This document shows, in pieces, positions 59,303 through 64,000 of a stretch of DNA of 64,000 nucleotides. This stretch comes from an uncultured virus (IMG/VR IMGVR_UViG_3300033064_004648) (taxonomy: Duplodnaviria > Heunggongvirae > Uroviricota > Caudoviricetes). The stretch lies in IMG/VR virus record IMGVR_UViG_3300033064_004648, positions 1-64,000 of that record. One strand, given 5' to 3'. Every line of letters begins with the position of its first letter. Position 1 is the stretch's first letter. The position numbers and the translations under genes are program-made. A model generated the notes under the pieces. The model saw only the letters and a list, made by a program, of their open reading frames with translations. It had not been told where the DNA came from and ran no database searches.

Positions 59303-59614
59303 ATGACTAAACTATTAGCGTGTAGGTGTGGTGGAGAACCATTTTATTCGTTGCGTCATGTAGATGGTTATGGAGATTCAGAACAGGTTACTTGTAGTAT
59401 GTGTGGCATTACGACTGGTGGCATGTATGCGGAGGGTGTAGCTGTAAAAGTATGGAACGAGCGCGCACCAGACCCACGACTTCTAAAGGCGATTGAGGAG
59501 ATAGAAGAAGCAACGGAGAAACAAATAGAATTATATGGGCAAGAATATTTTACTGGGAAAGCAGATTCAGTAACGATTTTAAATAAGCATATTCCGAAGG
59601 TGAAAGATGAATAG
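59303..59614 (+). CDS. Lar-family (restriction alleviation-like) Zn-ribbon protein
   Basis: L..C.CGGE ... V.C..CG ... A...WN.R. Confidence 0.65.
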   Translation: MTKLLACRCGGEPFYSLRHVDGYGDSEQVTCSMCGITTGGMYAEGVAVKVWNERAPDPRLLKAIEEIEEATEKQIELYGQEYFTGKADSVTILNKHIPKVKDE

Positions 59615-59694
59615 AACTGCTATAATTGGTGCTAACGTAATTATGGAAGTCCAATCGGGGCATTTAGCAAAACAGGAAGGTATTGGGTATAGAA

Positions 59695-59871
59695 ATGAAA
59701 ATTAGTGAATTACTTAAAATTTTAAGGGCAAAGAAAAAAGCGTATGGAGATCTTGAAATCAGAGTTTATGATCCTGATTGGCGGGCATATTATAATATTG
59801 ATGTAAAATATATTGAAAAAACAAATGATGAAGGCGATGATTTTCTTTGTTTAAATACCCCTTCAAATTAA
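59695..59871 (+). CDS. Hypothetical protein
   Basis: MKISEL..L...YGDLE pattern. Confidence 0.55.
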   Translation: MKISELLKILRAKKKAYGDLEIRVYDPDWRAYYNIDVKYIEKTNDEGDDFLCLNTPSN

Positions 59872-60015
59872 TATAATAAAAGGCAAAACAAATGATTGCA
59901 GATAAGCGATTGAATAAAATTAGAAAACTAGTTAACATTATCTATACGGCAAGAAGTGTAATAGAAATAACTGTTGCCGCAAATGAACTTGTTAAACTAT
60001 CCAAGGAGATAAGGC

Positions 60016-60348
60016 ATGAAAAACGCATTAGATTATATTCTGGCGGATAATGTTAATATGGCTTTTCTTTGGAATGAAAAACAGATGGTTGTTATAAATG
60101 CAGCAAGAAAAGAATTAAAAACCCTTCGCCGACAGAATAAAGATTTTATTGATGATGCAAAGGCGTTGACAAATTCTATTGCGTCCTTAAAGGATTTTGT
60201 AAATCTAAGTGGGCTTACATTCAAGAAAAAAGATGGTTCAGGTATTGGTAGTGGAGAAGCGTTGGTGTTCGGACAGTTTATAACTAATATAGATGAGGCA
60301 ATAGAACAACACAACGCCCTCATGCAGAAATATAATAAAACCACATAA
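60016..60348 (+). CDS. Hypothetical protein
   Basis: AAGGAG RBS; ends KTT* inside a site. Confidence 0.65.
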   Translation: MKNALDYILADNVNMAFLWNEKQMVVINAARKELKTLRRQNKDFIDDAKALTNSIASLKDFVNLSGLTFKKKDGSGIGSGEALVFGQFITNIDEAIEQHNALMQKYNKTT

Positions 60349-60384
60349 AATAGTTCTTTTATGTGGTTTAATAAAAAAGGAAAA

Positions 60385-60645
60385 ATGAAACAATTAATGT
60401 TATTAGAAGTTCGTGGAAGAACCAAGCCGTGGGATTTTATTGTCGAAGGCGATAGTGACTATCTGGAAGAATGGAGAGAAGACGGTCTTGATATCAATCC
60501 GCTAGTCAATGTAATTCCTGAATGGGTAGTAGACATAGGACTTTTACGACCATGGTGTTTTTTTCAAGATCTATTAAATAGTAAATGGGCTGGAAGAATT
60601 TTGATAGGTTGCATTATTGTTGGAATTATAATATCGGTTGTATAA
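60385..60645 (+). CDS. Hypothetical membrane-anchored protein
   Basis: AAGGA RBS; between two sites. Confidence 0.6.
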   Translation: MKQLMLLEVRGRTKPWDFIVEGDSDYLEEWREDGLDINPLVNVIPEWVVDIGLLRPWCFFQDLLNSKWAGRILIGCIIVGIIISVV

Positions 60646-60706
60646 TAAAATCGGTATGATAAAATGATTCTTTTATGCGGTTCAAGAAAACATAAGGAAA
60701 AGTAAA

Positions 60707-60907
60707 ATGAAAATTAAAAATAGACAAGGCGTGTGGATCAATACTAGAACTGATTGGGGATATGAAACCAATGCAGATTTTGTGCTTGCATTATTGGAGC
60801 ATGGGGAAATGACAAGGGATGTTTTATCTGAAATTTTGAATCTAGATAGTTTACCAGACGACTTGAATAAAAAAATTCGAAAAGTTTTGGACAGAAATAA
60901 TTTTTAG
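60707..60907 (+). CDS. Hypothetical protein
   Basis: AAGGA RBS. Confidence 0.55.
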   Translation: MKIKNRQGVWINTRTDWGYETNADFVLALLEHGEMTRDVLSEILNLDSLPDDLNKKIRKVLDRNNF

Positions 60908-60931
60908 AGATCTCACAATAAAAGGAGAAAA

Positions 60932-61249
60932 ATGAGCAAAATTGAAGAACTGCGTAAGATTACAGAAGAAGTAAGGGAGAAAAAAAATGCAGATTGGGAA
61001 TCTATTCGTGTAAAGTTTTTTAATGGAAAGTTGTTCGAAAGAATACTGTCTGATTTTGAAGAAGAGGCATTACTGGTGGCTCAAAAGGGTGAGCATATTG
61101 CTTTTATCAGGATGGATACATATTTTCCTCGTGGCGTTATTCCGGACAATGGTGAAAGTCTGCTTGACTATGCTATGACAAGGACTGGCTATTTTTATTC
61201 GTCCGATAAAACAAACGATGGTGGGCGTACATTGGGATTTTCGTGGTAA
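60932..61249 (+). CDS. Hypothetical protein
   Basis: AAGGAG RBS. Confidence 0.65.
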   Translation: MSKIEELRKITEEVREKKNADWESIRVKFFNGKLFERILSDFEEEALLVAQKGEHIAFIRMDTYFPRGVIPDNGESLLDYAMTRTGYFYSSDKTNDGGRTLGFSW

Positions 61250-61295
61250 TATTGAAACAACATAAAATGATGTTTTTATGTGGTTTAGAGGAAAA

Positions 61296-61556
61296 ATGAG
61301 AAAACAAGAGCTGTTAGACGAAGCATATAAGAAAGAAACAAGAGAGACATTTTCTACGAAAAAAGATAGACGAAATCTTTGGCTAAAACATGGTGTCGTA
61401 CATGGCGATCTTCTTGTTGTACAGAGGATTTACTATTGGTTACGTTGGAAACTTACAGGACAGAAACTAAATTTATGGAAAATGACACCACACTATGTTG
61501 TGTTGAATAAAGATTTTTTAAAGGATATGTGGTTTGAAGATATAAAGGAGATTTAA
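61296..61556 (+). CDS. Hypothetical protein
   Basis: GAGGA RBS after a site. Confidence 0.6.
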   Translation: MRKQELLDEAYKKETRETFSTKKDRRNLWLKHGVVHGDLLVVQRIYYWLRWKLTGQKLNLWKMTPHYVVLNKDFLKDMWFEDIKEI

Positions 61557-61557
61557 A

Positions 61558-61761
61558 ATGAAATGGATTTCAAAGCGCCCTATTTATGATGACAGTAGAT
61601 ATATAAAAAAATTTTTACTCTTCCCCATAAAAGTAAAAAGAGAAGTATGTTGGTTAGAAACAGCATATATTTTCCAAGTATGGAATCATGGATGGAAAAA
61701 TAAATTTTTTATTACAGAGGAATATTACAATGATTTTGACCAAAAAAGGAAAGACAAATAA
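61558..61761 (+). CDS. Hypothetical protein
   Basis: AAGGAG RBS. Confidence 0.6.
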   Translation: MKWISKRPIYDDSRYIKKFLLFPIKVKREVCWLETAYIFQVWNHGWKNKFFITEEYYNDFDQKRKDK

Positions 61762-61796
61762 AATGCATCTTTTATGTGGAAAAAGGAAAAAAATAA

Positions 61797-62264
61797 ATGA
61801 AAACAATTGACATGAATTGGAGAGGGTATTCATTCTCTGCCAACGACGACAAGGATAGATCAACGCATGACAAAATACTTATTAGAGTAGATAAATATAC
61901 TTATGCTGAATTTACAAGAGATGCTATATTAGAGTTGATAAGGGAACTGGCTGAATACATTGAAGATGACGATGCCGCTGAAAATGACATATTACAAACT
62001 CAACGGACTAAATTAGAATTAGGGGCAACGGCGGCAGAATTTGTGGTAGGACCAATCGCAGAAGAATTGGCGTTGTGTATGAGATATTTCGAGAAGAATA
62101 TCCCGACAGAAGAAACAGAATTCCCTCCAATTAAAAACTTCTTTCTACATCCATTAATAGAGGACATAGAAAATGATATAATGGCTCATGCGATTGAATA
62201 TCCTGACCACGGTTTTAAAATAAAAGTTGAATGGATTCCTTCAGCTAAGAAGAAAACAAAATGA
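61797..62264 (+). CDS. Hypothetical protein
   Basis: AAGGA RBS after a site. Confidence 0.65.
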   Translation: MKTIDMNWRGYSFSANDDKDRSTHDKILIRVDKYTYAEFTRDAILELIRELAEYIEDDDAAENDILQTQRTKLELGATAAEFVVGPIAEELALCMRYFEKNIPTEETEFPPIKNFFLHPLIEDIENDIMAHAIEYPDHGFKIKVEWIPSAKKKTK

Positions 62265-62581
62265 TAAAAATATATTCAGGAGCATTATCAAGATACTTTG
62301 AAAAATTTACATTAAATAAAGACGACCCATTTTACATATTTTTTCCTTGTAAAAAAACATGGCGTGGAATAGAGGTAATTCCAACAGAATGTAGCAAATG
62401 GGCAAATGAGATTGGTTCTTATAGAATGATATTTGATGAAAACAATCTCAAATATAATTCTTTTGCGATTACGAAGGAAGGTATTGAAATACAAATTTCT
62501 AAAAACAGATTAATAGAAAGCCAAGAACAATTAGTCAACGAAATAAGCCAAGGATTTTTGGTGCCTTTAAAAACCAAATAA
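62261..62581 (+). CDS. Hypothetical protein
   Basis: Ends KTK* inside a site. Confidence 0.6.
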   Translation: MIKIYSGALSRYFEKFTLNKDDPFYIFFPCKKTWRGIEVIPTECSKWANEIGSYRMIFDENNLKYNSFAITKEGIEIQISKNRLIESQEQLVNEISQGFLVPLKTK

Positions 62582-62613
62582 AATACATATTTTATGTGAA
62601 AAGGAATATAAAA

Positions 62614-62811
62614 ATGGAATATGAAATAGTAATGGAAGAACGGATGACTTTAAACAGTGCAGAAATCGATGCATTTATGTCGCTTGTAGGCGAAACGACT
62701 AGAAAGCAAAAAATGGGTTTTAGAGTCTCTGAATCAGACTCTAATTTATTGGATGAAGTTTATTTTGAGGTGTGTGATTTGCGCAGACAGAATAACATAG
62801 AAACCACATAG
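62614..62811 (+). CDS. Hypothetical protein
   Basis: Ends ETT* in a half-site. Confidence 0.55.
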   Translation: MEYEIVMEERMTLNSAEIDAFMSLVGETTRKQKMGFRVSESDSNLLDEVYFEVCDLRRQNNIETT

Positions 62812-62812
62812 A

Positions 62813-63016
62813 ATGATAAGAAAAATATATCTAAGATTGCTTTTATGGGGTTTTAGAATCGGCGCATTTTTTCATTGGGAGTTTGCAGAAGACCAGTGCG
62901 AGGATTTAGAACTTGCTCTTAACGATGAGTTTATTGCTGGTATGAGAAAAATAATTAAAGCTGTAGAATCTACGGATTTTGATATTGGTAAGGTAAAAAA
63001 GGTTGATAAGTTATAG
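62813..63016 (+). CDS. Hypothetical protein
   Basis: Operon-like spacing. Confidence 0.5.
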   Translation: MIRKIYLRLLLWGFRIGAFFHWEFAEDQCEDLELALNDEFIAGMRKIIKAVESTDFDIGKVKKVDKL

Positions 63017-63061
63017 TAAAAAACCACATAAAATGAGGGTTTTATCATAAAAGGAAAAAAT

Positions 63062-63697
63062 ATGGCGGCAATAGCATACGATAATAATGGAAATATAAGG
63101 ATACCAAAAAAAGAAAATAAAAAGGAGAAAATAATGAGTGCACTAAGTGATTATGTGAACGTAAAAAATTACAAAATAGAAATAGATGGCAATACTATGG
63201 GAGATTCAATTTTGAGCGGAGAAGTAAGTATTGGATTTGATTGGGCAGAAGAAAATAAAAAAGTTTTTACCAAGGAGATATTAAAAAGCATGAAAAACAA
63301 TAATGAATTTACTTTTATGAACAGGATAGGAGAGTTTGCAACATATATTCAAAATGAAACAAATTACGAAAATCTAGTACCAAAAAGAGTTATCTATAAT
63401 GGGCGCACCACTATTTGCAAATGGAAAGATGGTACAAAAACAGTTGTCAAAGCAACTAAAGATGATAATCCAACACATGAGCACGGCGTAGCCATGGCAG
63501 TTATTCGAAAACTATTTCCAAGCCGACAAGAATTTCTTAGGTTGGTGGATAGTGGATATGATGTGATTGAAGAGACAAAGAAAAGAGAGATAGAAAAAGC
63601 AGAACGAAAAGAAATTGCGAGACTTGAAAAAATAAGAATAAAAGATGAAAAAGAACGTGCAAAAGCAAAACTTGGCGAGTTTATCGTAAAGGAATAA
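63062..63697 (+). CDS. Conserved phage protein (alternative start 63134)
   Basis: VI.N...TI..W.DGTKTVVK...E.G.AMA. Confidence 0.7.
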   Translation: MAAIAYDNNGNIRIPKKENKKEKIMSALSDYVNVKNYKIEIDGNTMGDSILSGEVSIGFDWAEENKKVFTKEILKSMKNNNEFTFMNRIGEFATYIQNETNYENLVPKRVIYNGRTTICKWKDGTKTVVKATKDDNPTHEHGVAMAVIRKLFPSRQEFLRLVDSGYDVIEETKKREIEKAERKEIARLEKIRIKDEKERAKAKLGEFIVKE

Positions 63698-63870
63698 GTA
63701 ATGGACAAAATCAATGTACTTGCAAAAAACATTATAGCTATGCTCATGGATTACGATGAGTCGCTTGCTGATTTTTTTATTGAATTAGATGAAATCGATA
63801 AAAAAGAACTCATGAGTGATTTAGAAGATATAATTTATATTGCCACAGAAAAATATTGGGCATAGATAGA

Positions 63871-64000
63871 ATGAAACATGGAGTTTACAAAATTGAAAAT
63901 ATTTGTGATAAATCATTATATATTGGATCGGGGAATCTAAAGGAAAGATTTTATCATAACTTCAATGATCTAAAAAGAAATGCCCACTATAATTCCAATT
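63871..64000 (+). CDS. GIY-YIG endonuclease, 3'-partial
   Basis: MKHGVYKIEN..KSLYIGS. Confidence 0.8.
   Translation, partial: MKHGVYKIENICDKSLYIGSGNLKERFYHNFNDLKRNAHYNSN

Larger units (their letters stand above)
3985..63052. repeat. Dispersed family of ~42 intergenic 13-6-13 inverted repeats (consensus AAACCACATAAAA-N6-TTTTATGTGGTTT), putative recombination sites
   Basis: ATAAAA-N6-TTTTAT cores start at 3992,4199,5092,5400,7193,10367,10815,11616,11880,14498,17207,18560,19886,21970,22542,26605,29304,30457,31464,35417,37529,38563,39765,40512,40888,48661,49042,59265,60345,60659,61262,61758,62578,63028; degenerate copies at 5901,26304,28527,28809,45748,45990,46287,46848. Confidence 0.95.

Noticed and set aside
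14514..61295. ORF starts reading MWF.. (14514, 60361, 61278) and MV.. (10833)
   Set aside because: The ATG/GTG comes from the right arm of the palindrome (TTTTATGTGGTTT); more plausible starts, mostly RBS-led, lie a few codons downstream
3985..63052. Palindromic repeats as a CRISPR array
   Set aside because: Copies are separated by whole genes (0.2-10 kb), not 30-40 bp spacers, and no cas operon is present
3985..63052. Palindromic repeats as integron attC sites or simple intrinsic terminators
   Set aside because: No RYYYAAC/GTTRRRY cores or extrahelical bases. Stems are AT-rich with a fixed 6-bp centre and often mismatched outer arms, unlike the GC-rich terminators at 22508 and 51128. An operator role is not fully excluded
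1314..63747. Minus-strand ORFs of the track
   Set aside because: Nearly all are short shadows of + strand genes or tRNAs, without recognisable motifs
1..64000. Genome-wide stop-codon reassignment
   Set aside because: Long genes are intact in code 11 and many genes end in TAG or TGA followed by RBS-led genes; only one internal TAG seen; no suppressor tRNA found

Overview
AT-rich segment of a large dsDNA bacteriophage genome. Essentially all genes are on the + strand, with many consensus sigma70-type promoters (TTGACA-17-TATAAT-like, usually with an extended -10 TG). A compact replication module spans ~49-59 kb (HD protein, AAA ATPase, SSB, primase-helicase, PD-(D/E)XK nuclease, DnaE). It is surrounded by a long accessory region of small ORFs, about 14 free-standing HNH/GIY-YIG endonuclease genes, three DNA methyltransferases, glycosyltransferases, hpt plus a divergent purA, an RNA-repair set (intein-containing RtcB, phosphoesterase, CCA-adding enzyme, two nucleotidyltransferases) and tRNAs. 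Two unexplained architectures stand out. (1) About 42 copies, counted by eye, of a 13-6-13 palindrome (AAACCACATAAAA-N6-TTTTATGTGGTTT) sit at gene junctions across the accessory region but not in the replication module. Neighbouring copies often share their 6-bp spacer and a XerC/D-like tyrosine recombinase is encoded nearby, so this is a candidate phage gene-cassette shuffling system. (2) A promoter drives three RNA modules that share a covarying bulged-helix motif, one of them grafted into the anticodon arm of a tRNA scaffold, directly upstream of a helical+TerD-like protein: a candidate Y-RNA/Ro-like RNP. All calls come from reading motifs by eye; no database searches were run.
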